Assembly (NCBI GenBank): GCA_964573135.1
Contig: CAZNIO010000007.1
Span: forward strand, 117-64,116
Origin: an uncultured Gammaproteobacteria bacterium
GTDB taxonomy: Bacteria > Patescibacteriota > Patescibacteriia > UBA2196 > GWA2-42-15
Direction: 5' to 3'
Length of the DNA: 64,000 nt
In this document: positions 1 to 10,064 of the stretch, piece after piece
Layout of the letters: each line of letters begins with the position of its first letter
How positions within the stretch are numbered: position 1 is the stretch's first letter
Notes under the pieces: model-generated
The model's database searches: none
The model's input: only the letters and a program-made list of their open reading frames with translations
What the model was told of the DNA's origin: nothing
Made by a program: the position numbers and the translations under genes

Positions 1-3000
1 ATTACCTCTCCTGCTGACGGCTCTTCCGGTGAATCGAAAAATGTTGTCCTCAGAATTACCATTGATCAGCCAGGTACAGTTAAATTTTATGATGACGGTC
101 AAGAATCAGCCAGCCTAATATTTAGTCAAACTGGCTCATTCTCATATACTTATTTAGACATGACTCGCACTACACATGTGTTCAAAGCCAGTATAACCAA
201 TAGTAATGGCACTGACCATGATTCTATTACCTATACCGTTCAGGAACACTCAGGCGAGGATCTAGCCATTTCGATTATTCAACCTCAAAATGGTGATTCC
301 GGCACAGGCAAGCGAGTAGCTATAAGATATAATATAAATAAAAATGGATCTATCTATTTTTATGAAGGCAATAATCTACTTGGCACTGACGCCAAAGGCT
401 CTTCTGGAAATTATTTCTATCGACTTCCCGAACTGCCAGCCGGTCAATACACTTTTAAGGTTAAGCTTGTAAACCTTACTGCTGGTACAGTCGAAGATTC
501 AGTCATCTATACTATTTTAGAAGAAAATGACCCCAATCCTGACCCTCCCACCATCTCTATCGACTCCCCAGCTTCTGGCATTTCAAGTACTAACAAAAAC
601 CCAAAGATATATTACACTATTTCACAACCAGGTAAGGTTAGATTTCATGATGGTGACGCTGGCGTGTACCAAACACAAAAAACTGCCGGTAGCCACATCT
701 ATTACTTCTCCAACCTTACTCCGGGTACTCACACCCTAAGGCTAGTTGTCAGTAATGACAATGGTACGTCTAACGATTCAATTACCTATATAGTTACTCA
801 GGAGGAAGAACCGCCAGTCATCACATCCAGTCAGGGGACTATTCTGGTTAAAAAAGATTCCTCTCTTTCTTCTTACGCACAAACATTAAGTCAACACAAA
901 AATTGGAATTTACTTGAGACAACATCTACTGATGCTGGTGCTATCAGAAATCAAATAATAAATCTATACAACCAACAACCATTTAAATTTTTATTAATTC
1001 TTGGTGATCATACTCAAATCCCCGTTTACGATCAAAGTCTATTACGTGAGTATGTTACTTCAACTGGCTTTGGCCATAATGGTAGCATCTTGGCCAAAGA
1101 CAAAAATGTGCTAGATGGCTTATACTACGGTAGTATTGATCAAGATATCGATATCGAACTCAGTGTTGGCCGTCTACCTTTTAATAATAGTTCTGATCTA
1201 GAACAATATTATTCAACTTTTCCTAACAGTAAATCAATATCAAAGATTAATGTAATTAGCCATGTAGCTGGGGGCATTCCTCATACTGGTTTTCTATCGC
1301 CACAGCTCAATCAATATCAAGTAACAAATTTTGAAGGTGTTAGTACCACTGATGTCTTTAATAGTAACCTGATTGCCAGTGATCTTCTTTATTCATATAG
1401 TCATGGCACATCCGCCTCATTAGATATTGGGCAAACATACACTCAAAACAACATTCCTGGTCTTACTAACCACCCGCTTGTTATTGGGGAAGGCAACATC
1501 GCCGGCAGTGAACTTGGTCTAGAGTTTGTTAAAAAGGGAGCCTTGGCCTATCTGGGATATTATATATCTCCCGAAATCACTGGCCTTGCCTTGCTTGACC
1601 AGCCGTCTAATAAGACCACTTTTGGTGAGACTATAAAACAAGTTAACAACTATTATACTCTCTACCAAACAATTTCTCCAAGTCCCAGATCTTCCTACTA
1701 CTATATTGGTGATCCATCACTTGGGGTTAATTTTATAACCACAAATCATACTGCCTTCTCAAGGCAGGGTGATGAGATGGAAGTTCGTGTTCCAGGTATG
1801 ACAAAGCATAGTTTTGTAGACGATAATGACAACCAAGTCGTTAATCTATATACCACCTATACCTATCAATTCCAGTCCACCCAATCAACTTATGATCTCT
1901 TAAGGAAGAATCCTCCTTATGAGACAAATAACCAAATATTAATTAAGTGTGATCCATCCGTTGAAACTGGTTTTCTGTTGCCATGTCAAGATATAGCAAG
2001 CACTTATTCAGACAGCCCATACCAACATGCGGTGGTCTTTAGTAAATCAGTGCTCTCAGATAGGGGTACTTATAGTAAATACATAATAAGGATTGACGAC
2101 GAATTTAATCCTCAAAATATATATCAAAAAATAAATGGTGAGTTAATTTTTCTTAATAACTATCTATCTGAAGTTAAAGAAATCGACGACGAATTTTATC
2201 TTATAATCTATGAGCCCAATCATATTCTTTTTGAGGACATCAACAGCGGTAAAAATTCGAATCCAAAAACTTTCGTAGTTTCGCAAGAAGAAATCAGCAC
2301 AAATGCACCATCTTTGACCATTGATGGCCCCGCTTCCGGTACCACCAGTATAAATCCAAATCCAAAAATTTACTATAATATATCCCAGCCAGGCAATGTT
2401 TCATTTTTTGATGGCGATGCCGGTGCAGAGCAGGCCCAGAAAAATGCTGGTAACCACACCTATTATTTCTCTAACCTTACCCCAGGTACTCATACCTTAA
2501 ATCTAACCGTTAATAATGATAACGGATCATCCCGTGACTCTATCCAATATATAGTTGGTCAAGCCAATGCTAATACCACACCCGATGATGAATCCGATAC
2601 ACCCGATGACCAAAACCAAGACGAGGACAATAACCAGGATAATAATCAAGAGCAAGATGAAGACATTGACGATGACACGCAAGACAATGAGGACAGCACT
2701 CCACCCCCAGCTCCTGGACCCGAAGTTTCCATCACTGCTCCTCAGAATGGTTATGCCAGCGAATCAACTAATATTAAATTACGCTACACCCTTAGTCAAT
2801 CAGGCTCTGTAATCTTCTGTAATAATAGTGCTTGTAGTTCGCCTGTTAGTATGCCCAGCGGAAACCGTGCTCATAAATTTAGTAACCTTAGTTTCGGTTC
2901 GCATGTTCTAAAGGTTATTATTTCTAATGCCAAGGGCCAAGCACAAGATTCAATTAACTATTCTGTTATAAACACACCAAAAATAGAGCTACCACCTTCA

Positions 3001-3798
3001 GTAATAATTACCTCTCCCAAAAACAGATCTTTAGGCAACGCCAGCAGTCTCGTTGTTAATTATGCTATTATTACCCCTGGCAATCTAGAATTTTTTAAAG
3101 ATAACACTCGCGTTGCACAAGAGAGGGCGATTAAATCAGGTTTTTTCTCATATACTTTTAATAATCTCGCTCCTGGGCTCCATACTTTAAAAATTAAAAT
3201 ATCGAATAGCGCTGGTAGTCAAGAAGCTTCAATTCTTCATACCGTTAAAACATCCGCCACCTCAAGTATTCCGCCAAGTACAACTTCTAATGATGATCTT
3301 TCTAAGAGATTATCAGGCCGATTCTTATTAGCCACTCAAGATAATGGTAAAATATATTATGTAAATCCTACTAACCTTAAAAAATATCAAATTACCCTTG
3401 GCAATATGCAAACACTTTTGGCTAGCTTAGCTACCGGCATTACTAATGCTAATATTAATAGAATACCTATTCATCCAGACTCTGTTTCAAACAACGTAGA
3501 CAGCGATGGAGATGGCTTTAATGATTACCAAGAGGTTGCTTATGGTTACAACCCAGACATTCCGTCTTTGCCCGGCAAGCGCGGTAACGATAAAGTTCGC
3601 CCTGATTTTAACTTTGCTAATGCCATGCGAGGTAAAATCTTGATGCAAATTGAAGATAGAGGTAGGCTTCATTATGTAGACATGACCGGTAAGCGCTGGG
3701 AAATTAAATGGCAAAACGCCTTGGATATTTTTAGAAAGTTAGCTCTTGGTATCACCAATGATAATCTATCAAAAATCACAGATATTCAGAGCAACTAA
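1..3798 (+). CDS. Giant secreted/surface protein, 5'-partial. The reading frame is open from nt 1 and the listed Met160 is internal. It carries tandem ~90-aa Ig-like repeats, an acidic D/E/N/Q-rich linker, a TSP3-like DxDxDG loop and two C-terminal ~55-aa conserved modules.
   Basis: Frame 1 has no stop from nt 1 to 3798. The upstream segment (ITIDQPGTVKFYDDG...SFSYTYL) is another copy of the internal ISQPGKVRFHDGDAG...YYFSNLTPGTHTL repeat. The C-terminal GRFLLATQDNGKIYYV...LGNMQTLLASLATGITNANINRIP and GKILMQIEDRGRLHYV...LALGITNDNLSKI modules are also present in the next gene. Confidence 0.8.
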   Translation: MTSPADGSSGESKNVVLRITIDQPGTVKFYDDGQESASLIFSQTGSFSYTYLDMTRTTHVFKASITNSNGTDHDSITYTVQEHSGEDLAISIIQPQNGDSGTGKRVAIRYNINKNGSIYFYEGNNLLGTDAKGSSGNYFYRLPELPAGQYTFKVKLVNLTAGTVEDSVIYTILEENDPNPDPPTISIDSPASGISSTNKNPKIYYTISQPGKVRFHDGDAGVYQTQKTAGSHIYYFSNLTPGTHTLRLVVSNDNGTSNDSITYIVTQEEEPPVITSSQGTILVKKDSSLSSYAQTLSQHKNWNLLETTSTDAGAIRNQIINLYNQQPFKFLLILGDHTQIPVYDQSLLREYVTSTGFGHNGSILAKDKNVLDGLYYGSIDQDIDIELSVGRLPFNNSSDLEQYYSTFPNSKSISKINVISHVAGGIPHTGFLSPQLNQYQVTNFEGVSTTDVFNSNLIASDLLYSYSHGTSASLDIGQTYTQNNIPGLTNHPLVIGEGNIAGSELGLEFVKKGALAYLGYYISPEITGLALLDQPSNKTTFGETIKQVNNYYTLYQTISPSPRSSYYYIGDPSLGVNFITTNHTAFSRQGDEMEVRVPGMTKHSFVDDNDNQVVNLYTTYTYQFQSTQSTYDLLRKNPPYETNNQILIKCDPSVETGFLLPCQDIASTYSDSPYQHAVVFSKSVLSDRGTYSKYIIRIDDEFNPQNIYQKINGELIFLNNYLSEVKEIDDEFYLIIYEPNHILFEDINSGKNSNPKTFVVSQEEISTNAPSLTIDGPASGTTSINPNPKIYYNISQPGNVSFFDGDAGAEQAQKNAGNHTYYFSNLTPGTHTLNLTVNNDNGSSRDSIQYIVGQANANTTPDDESDTPDDQNQDEDNNQDNNQEQDEDIDDDTQDNEDSTPPPAPGPEVSITAPQNGYASESTNIKLRYTLSQSGSVIFCNNSACSSPVSMPSGNRAHKFSNLSFGSHVLKVIISNAKGQAQDSINYSVINTPKIELPPSVIITSPKNRSLGNASSLVVNYAIITPGNLEFFKDNTRVAQERAIKSGFFSYTFNNLAPGLHTLKIKISNSAGSQEASILHTVKTSATSSIPPSTTSNDDLSKRLSGRFLLATQDNGKIYYVNPTNLKKYQITLGNMQTLLASLATGITNANINRIPIHPDSVSNNVDSDGDGFNDYQEVAYGYNPDIPSLPGKRGNDKVRPDFNFANAMRGKILMQIEDRGRLHYVDMTGKRWEIKWQNALDIFRKLALGITNDNLSKITDIQSN

Positions 3799-3804
3799 AG
3801 CCCA

Positions 3805-3832
3805 TTGACAATTTTTATATTTTCATTAAAAT
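3805..3832 (+). promoter_or_regulatory. Putative sigma70-like promoter: -35 TTGACA (3805-3810), 16-bp spacer, -10 TAAAAT (3827-3832), ~40 nt upstream of the 3873 start codon.
   Basis: The hexamers and spacing were read directly from the sequence. Confidence 0.35.
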
Positions 3833-3872
3833 TAAATAATTTATTAATTCTTATATAACTAAACAAAAATAT

Positions 3873-6800
3873 ATGCGAAATATCTATTTTTCCAGTAGAA
3901 AAGTCCTCATTTGTGGGGTAATTTTGGCTATGCTTAGCCAAATTTTTGCCTTCACTCCTTTGCCGGCTAAGGCCAACATCTTGGGTGATATAGATGATAA
4001 TGGTCAGATACAAACATATGATGCTGCTCTTATTACTCAATATGTGGCTAGTATCATTGATTTTACCGATGCCCAGAAGGTGGCAGCTGATGCCAATGGC
4101 GACGGTAAAATCAGTAGCTTAGATGCCCATGTCATCGGGGATTATGCCGTTGGCAACATTACCAGTCTGCCCGCTCATTATCTTCAATATACCCAAGACG
4201 ATTCAACGACCGATGACTATTTTGCATATTGTGATGCACCTACAGACTGTGTATCATCCACCAATAGTTGCTACAACTCAGATACCAATCCATGGCCAAA
4301 ATATATCTGTAAATCAGACGGTAGTCCAGGGGTTGGTAAATGGTATAGCTGTGCTGACTCATCTCATCTTGGAAAAGAGGTTATGGGATATACTTGTCAG
4401 GAGCAGCCAGACGGTAGCTACGCCTGGATGGTAGCTAGCTTATTAAAACCAGACTTAACTATAAAAGACTTTAGCTGGCGACCAGCAAGTCCGTTGGTTG
4501 GTGAAAGCGACCCATATCTTTATGTTGATTTTACCGTTACAAACAAAGGCAGTCAGCCAATATCACTCAATGGCACCACATATTCTCTCTATCGTAATAA
4601 TACCAGTGATCTCATTGCCGAGTTGTTTGCTGAGAAAAATCAACCAACACTTCAGCCAGGAGAAACATACACCTATCAAAATTTGACCACCACACAAAAC
4701 TCTGGCATTAAAAACATAGCAGGGACTTTTAACCTTATAATGAAGGCTGATTCAGAAAATATTATTGTTGAATCAAATGAAAATAATAACACTCTAACAA
4801 AAACACTTGTTGTTGGCGAGCAAGGGCAATTACCAGATTTATTACCAGATTTAATTGTTAAAAATATTAAATTTAATCAAAAATGGAGCATTTGGGATAA
4901 TGTTCTTACTGCAGAAGTATGTAACCAAGGCTTGGCCACAGTTTCGGGAAAGCAACTCTCAACAGAATTTAAATTAATGGACATTGTTAGGAATCACGGA
5001 ATGTCTCAGACACTTGATCCAGGAAGCTGTCATGAAGTTTTTATCGTCTTGTCTGGCTTTAATATATCAAATTTAAGTAAAGGGTATTATGACGTAACTG
5101 TTACTGCGGATACAGACAACATTACTTCAATATATGATAATCTTGTTGAAGAATCCAACGAAAATAATAACTCTACTAGCGCCAGACTATATTTTGATAT
5201 TCCAGATATTCACAAACCCGATCTTAAAATTGAGAATTTTAAATTTACTGATTTGAGAATTAATAAATCAGGTTGGGACGTCCAAATTTCATTTGATTTA
5301 GTTAATGCTGGTTCAGTTGCACCAAGTAGCGATTTTAAAATTATAATTGAAAATTTAACCGCCAATAAAGTTCTTAAAAATGAAAATTATGCCCATGGAT
5401 ATTTCATACCAGGTCATCGACAAAAAGTATACACTGTTGGTAATGTGGGTGATGGCTTTACGGCCGGTAGCAATACCATCAGAATTAAAATTGATTTAAA
5501 TAATACAGTTGATGAATCCAATGAATCAAATAATACTCTTTTAAAAACAATTAATCTTCCTGCCAGCTTCTATTATCTACAATATACCAGAGACGATGGT
5601 ACCACTGCTCCATATCATGCTTATTGTGGCCAGCCTACCGATTGTGTCTCCTCAAGTAATGATTGCTACGACTCAGGTACCCGGCCCTTCGCTAATAAAA
5701 GATATATTTGCCAATCAGATACTTCAAATAGTGTTGGCAAGTGGTACAGATGTGCTGACTCAACTCATGCTGGTAAAACAGTCATTGGCTATACCTGCCA
5801 AAAGATGTCTAATGGAGCTTATGGTTGGGAGAAGGGCACTAATAAACCCGATTTAGTTGTTAGGGAAATTAATTATAACGATGGTTATGTGGGCGCCAAG
5901 GTATGTAATGATGGTACAGCCAAAACAGAAAGTTATAGTTCCGCAGGCCTCTTTCTTGGCAACAACTATTTTATGGGAGACTTACTTATTTCCCCGCTTG
6001 ATCCAGGTAAATGTAGTGAGGAATCAGCCATGAGAGTTACTAATTATGGATATGATAATCAGACAGTGGAAGCCAAGGTGGTGGCAGATTATTATAATAA
6101 AGTTGATGAATCTAATGAAAACAATAATACTTTAACCAAAACAATTACTATTATAGACTCCACAAATAAACCAGACCTAGTAATTAATGATGTATATTTC
6201 ACGCCCTTTGATCCCGCCGCAGGTGAAGTATTCGATGGCCAAGTGCTCATTGAGATTGAAAATCTCGGCAAAGTCGCAGCTAAAAATTTCCCTGTGGTTG
6301 TAGTCTTATCAAGTAATTGGATATTGCTTGATTGGCACGATAATCATCAACGTAAAACCGTTGATTATATCGGCAGTCATGCTACTAAGGTAATTGCTTT
6401 TGATGTTAAAGATAACTTTGTTTTTCAAAATAAACCACTTGAACTTCGTGCTTGGGTGGATAGTAACGGTGTTCTCTATTCAGGTAATGATTTAGAGAAT
6501 TTAAAAAATGATGATTTATTTATTGATGAATCGAATGAGAATAATAACACTTTTCTTAAGAAGTTAACTCTGCCCAATGATCCGGGAAAGCAAATAACAC
6601 TTAATAATTCAACATATACTCTTAACCCATCAAGCCTTACTCAAGGTATGACTGACGGGGCCGGGAATGTTGATTTTAAAGCAAATATTATTCAAAAAGG
6701 AGAGGCCAGAATGTATGGTTTCAGCGCTTTCGGTTATGGGGAAGGATTTCCAACTTATGCTACTCTTGGCACCGCAAGCGGCGGAGCGCAACCTGGCAAT

Positions 6801-9098
6801 TATACAGTTAAGCGATATTTCAATGATGATGTATTATCGGCCGATGGTGAGCTCCCCAGATTATATTCTGGTTATTTACCCATCGCTATATTTCATGGAA
6901 ATGGCAGGGGAGACGATCCGAAATTAAGATTTGATATGAATCTTACCGTTAATCCGCCATCTCTCTTCGAAGAACCAAAGCTCACAGTTTCTGCCACTAA
7001 TCCTCTCTCTCAACAAGTTGTACCAGGCACTAGCGATGTTAATTTAGGAAACTTCGTCTTTGACGCAGTTAGCTCAAGTCAAGACATTCGAGTAACAAGA
7101 GTTGATTTTAATCAACTGGTCTCTCGAGCAGGTACCCTATATAATATATCCATGCTCAAATTATTCGATGGGGATACCGAGCTTAATTCAAGTAGCGACC
7201 CAGACCCAATGGGCAATGGTTATTGGGCTACCAGTACCTTTGCTTTTTCTTCACCACTGATTATCACAAAAGGTACCGTCAAAAATTTAACCCTTAGAGG
7301 CAATATATCTAGTACGGCTAAGGATGGAGACACCCATCAATTTATCATTAATACTAATAATAATATTACGGCCAATGATAATGATTCAGGTGATACAGTC
7401 AAAGCCAATGGAGCTTATCCTCTTAACGGAACCCAACTCATCGTTGGCGCAGGTAAATTATCCATCAGTAGAAGTGATACTCTAAAAGATTCTCTTCTCA
7501 ACGGTAATACCACTGGAGTTACTATTGGTAAATTTAAAGCCCAAGCCTCAGTTACTGATATAAATATTGAGAAGTTGTATCTTGATTTTAGCCCATATCA
7601 TGGTGGTGGCACAGATGAGTTAACCGGCGTTTATCTTTATGATGGTGCCACTCAAATCGCTGAAAGCACCATTACTTCCTCAAATGCTCAAACCCTGGTC
7701 TTCAATATGGGCCATTCCCCACTTACCGTTCCAGCTGATACTGCCAAAGAATTAACCATCAAGGTTGATACATCCATGATCGATAAAAGTGGTGTAGCCA
7801 CAACTGGTACTCCGTTTGAAGGCTTCACGCCAAGCATTAAGGGTAGTTCAATTGTTGCCAAGGAGACTTCTGGCAGAGCTATTCAAGTAGAAAATAATAC
7901 CATAACTTTCCCTAACTATATTTTAGTCAAGTCTCAACCAACTATTACTAAAAGTAGTGCTTATGATGACGGCATAACCAGTAATGGCACCTATGATCTG
8001 ACCGACGTTACTGTGTCTGCCGATTCAAAAGGCCCCGTTGGTCTTTATAAAATGACTTTTGACATACATACCACCAATGTTTCATTAAGTGACTTTGGTA
8101 TTTATGAGGGCAATCTCCTAGTGGCCAACGAGGCAGATGGCGCTACTGACGGTATTAATATAACAGTTGTTGATGCCAACCATAGTATAGTTGAAGTTTA
8201 CTTCAACTCTGGCGATAGCCTGGATGGCAGAGCGAGGACAATACCTGCCGGCACATCTAAAGTTTATACCTTAAAAGCCAGTGTTCTGGGTTATCAATCC
8301 AATGTGGCAAATGGAACTGAAGCCCGTATATTAAGTGATGACAACTTTGCTACCACAACCCATTCATTAAATGCTTCAGAAGTTGACGCTAGCAGTTATG
8401 ATAATTTTATCTGGTCAGACTTATCTTACGGCAACACATCAACTACTGCCACTACAACCAAACAATGGCTCAATAGTTATTTAGTTAGAGGTTTATCTAA
8501 GGCATCTAGTGGTGGTGGCGGTGGAGGAGGTACTCCAGTACCAATCCCAACACCGACGCCGGATATTCCACTTCCAACCCCAGACCCTACACCGCCAACC
8601 AGTATCGCCAAGCGTCTTGCTGGACGCCTCCTATTGGCCGTTGAAAACAAAGGACGCATTCACTATGTTTATCCAATCGACCTTAATCGATATGAAGTTA
8701 CCTTTGGTAATGTTATGAAACTTTTTGAAGATTTATCTTTAGGTATTTCCAATGATAATCTTTACCAAATCCTTGTCAATCCAAGTTCAGAAAGCGCCGA
8801 TAGCGATCGAGACGGCGATGGCTTCAGTGATAAGGAAGAAGCAACTAATGGTTATAACCCAGACGTTGCATCAGATCCAACCAATCGCGGTAATGACAAA
8901 ATAAAGGCCAACACCGTATTATCAAATAGACTTATCGGCAGGCTGCTAATCCAAGTAGAAGGCCATGGTCGTATTTGGTATGTTGACCAGTCTGCCAAGC
9001 GCTGGGAAGTTACCTTTGGTAACGTTATGAATCTGTTTACTTCCTTAGCCCTTGGTATTACCAATGATGATCTTGATAAAATTCCAGCTGGTAACTAA
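3873..9098 (+). CDS. Giant secreted multi-domain protein (1741 aa). It has a signal peptide, an N-terminal dockerin-like double Ca-binding repeat, at least 6 CARDB-like repeats ending in a D/E-ESNExNNT motif, two ~85-aa Cys-rich modules, a beta-rich central region, a Gly/Pro-Thr linker, two C-terminal ~55-aa modules and a TSP3-like loop.
   Basis: N-terminus MRNIYFSSRKVLICGVILAMLSQIFAFTPLPAKA. DIDDNGQIQTYDAAL...DANGDGKISSLDAHV resembles dockerin. VDESNENNNTL/ESNESNNTL motifs recur 6 times, as in Pfam CARDB. YxAYC..PTDCVSS.N.CY.S....W.CADS.H.GK...GYTCQ occurs twice. The C-terminal KRLAGRLLLAVENKGRIHYV... and NRLIGRLLIQVEGHGRIWYV... modules match the previous gene. Confidence 0.85.
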   Translation: MRNIYFSSRKVLICGVILAMLSQIFAFTPLPAKANILGDIDDNGQIQTYDAALITQYVASIIDFTDAQKVAADANGDGKISSLDAHVIGDYAVGNITSLPAHYLQYTQDDSTTDDYFAYCDAPTDCVSSTNSCYNSDTNPWPKYICKSDGSPGVGKWYSCADSSHLGKEVMGYTCQEQPDGSYAWMVASLLKPDLTIKDFSWRPASPLVGESDPYLYVDFTVTNKGSQPISLNGTTYSLYRNNTSDLIAELFAEKNQPTLQPGETYTYQNLTTTQNSGIKNIAGTFNLIMKADSENIIVESNENNNTLTKTLVVGEQGQLPDLLPDLIVKNIKFNQKWSIWDNVLTAEVCNQGLATVSGKQLSTEFKLMDIVRNHGMSQTLDPGSCHEVFIVLSGFNISNLSKGYYDVTVTADTDNITSIYDNLVEESNENNNSTSARLYFDIPDIHKPDLKIENFKFTDLRINKSGWDVQISFDLVNAGSVAPSSDFKIIIENLTANKVLKNENYAHGYFIPGHRQKVYTVGNVGDGFTAGSNTIRIKIDLNNTVDESNESNNTLLKTINLPASFYYLQYTRDDGTTAPYHAYCGQPTDCVSSSNDCYDSGTRPFANKRYICQSDTSNSVGKWYRCADSTHAGKTVIGYTCQKMSNGAYGWEKGTNKPDLVVREINYNDGYVGAKVCNDGTAKTESYSSAGLFLGNNYFMGDLLISPLDPGKCSEESAMRVTNYGYDNQTVEAKVVADYYNKVDESNENNNTLTKTITIIDSTNKPDLVINDVYFTPFDPAAGEVFDGQVLIEIENLGKVAAKNFPVVVVLSSNWILLDWHDNHQRKTVDYIGSHATKVIAFDVKDNFVFQNKPLELRAWVDSNGVLYSGNDLENLKNDDLFIDESNENNNTFLKKLTLPNDPGKQITLNNSTYTLNPSSLTQGMTDGAGNVDFKANIIQKGEARMYGFSAFGYGEGFPTYATLGTASGGAQPGNYTVKRYFNDDVLSADGELPRLYSGYLPIAIFHGNGRGDDPKLRFDMNLTVNPPSLFEEPKLTVSATNPLSQQVVPGTSDVNLGNFVFDAVSSSQDIRVTRVDFNQLVSRAGTLYNISMLKLFDGDTELNSSSDPDPMGNGYWATSTFAFSSPLIITKGTVKNLTLRGNISSTAKDGDTHQFIINTNNNITANDNDSGDTVKANGAYPLNGTQLIVGAGKLSISRSDTLKDSLLNGNTTGVTIGKFKAQASVTDINIEKLYLDFSPYHGGGTDELTGVYLYDGATQIAESTITSSNAQTLVFNMGHSPLTVPADTAKELTIKVDTSMIDKSGVATTGTPFEGFTPSIKGSSIVAKETSGRAIQVENNTITFPNYILVKSQPTITKSSAYDDGITSNGTYDLTDVTVSADSKGPVGLYKMTFDIHTTNVSLSDFGIYEGNLLVANEADGATDGINITVVDANHSIVEVYFNSGDSLDGRARTIPAGTSKVYTLKASVLGYQSNVANGTEARILSDDNFATTTHSLNASEVDASSYDNFIWSDLSYGNTSTTATTTKQWLNSYLVRGLSKASSGGGGGGGTPVPIPTPTPDIPLPTPDPTPPTSIAKRLAGRLLLAVENKGRIHYVYPIDLNRYEVTFGNVMKLFEDLSLGISNDNLYQILVNPSSESADSDRDGDGFSDKEEATNGYNPDVASDPTNRGNDKIKANTVLSNRLIGRLLIQVEGHGRIWYVDQSAKRWEVTFGNVMNLFTSLALGITNDDLDKIPAGN

Positions 9099-9112
9099 AC
9101 AGCAAAGTCATC

Positions 9113-9148
9113 ATAAAAAACACCCACTTTTGTTGTGTGGGTGTTTTT
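9113..9148. terminator. Bidirectional rho-independent terminator hairpin (ACACCCAC-loop-GTGGGTGT followed by a T-run) between convergent genes.
   Basis: aaaaacacccacttttgttgtgtgggtgtttttt. Confidence 0.6.
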
Positions 9149-9200
9149 TAATATAAAATAATATGATAGTGCAAGAACAATAAATTGATAGCTCATAAGC

Positions 9201-10061
9201 TCAAGTTTGTATTCTGGACTTATGGGTTTCTTTTTTTAGTAAAATAGTTGAACCAATTATTAGTACGCCTCCCAAGGCCATATTCCACGTCAGCAGTTCT
9301 CTGAAAAAAATCAGTGCAAAAATCAAAGCACTCACCACTTCTAAATATGCTAGAAGTGATGCGGTTGATGCTTTTATTTGTTGCATGCCTTTAAAAAATA
9401 GCCCAAAACCTGCTAGCCCGATTAGTGGTGCATATATAGCTACTGTTACTCCGACTTGGGTGATTGATGGCAGGGGATTCCAAAATAGAAATGGCAGGAA
9501 TATAAAGGGTGCTACTAGGTTTTGATAAAAAACCGTTTCTTGCCATGAGTGGGTTTTAAGCCCCTTTTTAAACATAATCAGTGAAAGTGCAAACAAGATA
9601 GCCGACAAAAGCATTGAACTCATGCCTAAAAAATCCATATTGCTAAAGTTAAATTCCTGATTAATGTATATTAATATAATTCCTGAGAAAGCTATCAATA
9701 GCAAAAGTACATTTCTTTTTGATATTTTTTCTCCTATTATTAGCCATCCAAATACGGCAGCAAAAATTGGCCAAGTATAATCCATTATTACCGCATTGCC
9801 TATTGATGTATATGTAAATGCCACGAAATAGAAAAACATCCTTATGGCGTTCAGTGCTGAAGCTCCCAGCATCAACTTGGTATTTCCCTTAAATATTTTT
9901 ATTTTTTTAATTAAGAAATAAATTAAAAGAATTAAAAAAGGCACCACCGTCCTAAAAAAGGTCATCGTCGTTGGTGCCAGACTCAAATATTTAATAAATA
10001 CCCCCGCTGATCCCCAAATTATGGCTGCCAGAGCTACTTCTATGTATGGGTTAAACCTCAT
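9201..10061 (-). CDS. EamA/DMT-family permease (10 TM), paralog 1 of 3.
   Basis: Two EamA-like halves with hydrophobic helices throughout; similar in length and pattern to the ORFs at 13932-14774 and 16584-17450. Confidence 0.7.
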   Translation of the reverse strand: MRFNPYIEVALAAIIWGSAGVFIKYLSLAPTTMTFFRTVVPFLILLIYFLIKKIKIFKGNTKLMLGASALNAIRMFFYFVAFTYTSIGNAVIMDYTWPIFAAVFGWLIIGEKISKRNVLLLLIAFSGIILIYINQEFNFSNMDFLGMSSMLLSAILFALSLIMFKKGLKTHSWQETVFYQNLVAPFIFLPFLFWNPLPSITQVGVTVAIYAPLIGLAGFGLFFKGMQQIKASTASLLAYLEVVSALIFALIFFRELLTWNMALGGVLIIGSTILLKKETHKSRIQT

Positions 10062-10064
10062 ATA

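Noticed and set aside
2560-2710. Highly repetitive acidic stretch (gat/gac/aac/caa-rich) that could superficially look like a short tandem or CRISPR-like repeat.
   Set aside because: It is in frame inside the giant CDS and encodes a D/E/N/Q-rich low-complexity linker. There is no regular repeat-spacer periodicity.
4123-4434. Numerous 60-110-aa ORFs inside or antisense to the giant genes, polA, uvrA and groEL (for example 4123-4434, 5596-5856, 14374-15051, 54686-55594, 44306-44629).
   Set aside because: They lie within or opposite strongly supported long CDSs, have biased low-complexity composition and show no domain signatures. They are spurious frame artefacts.
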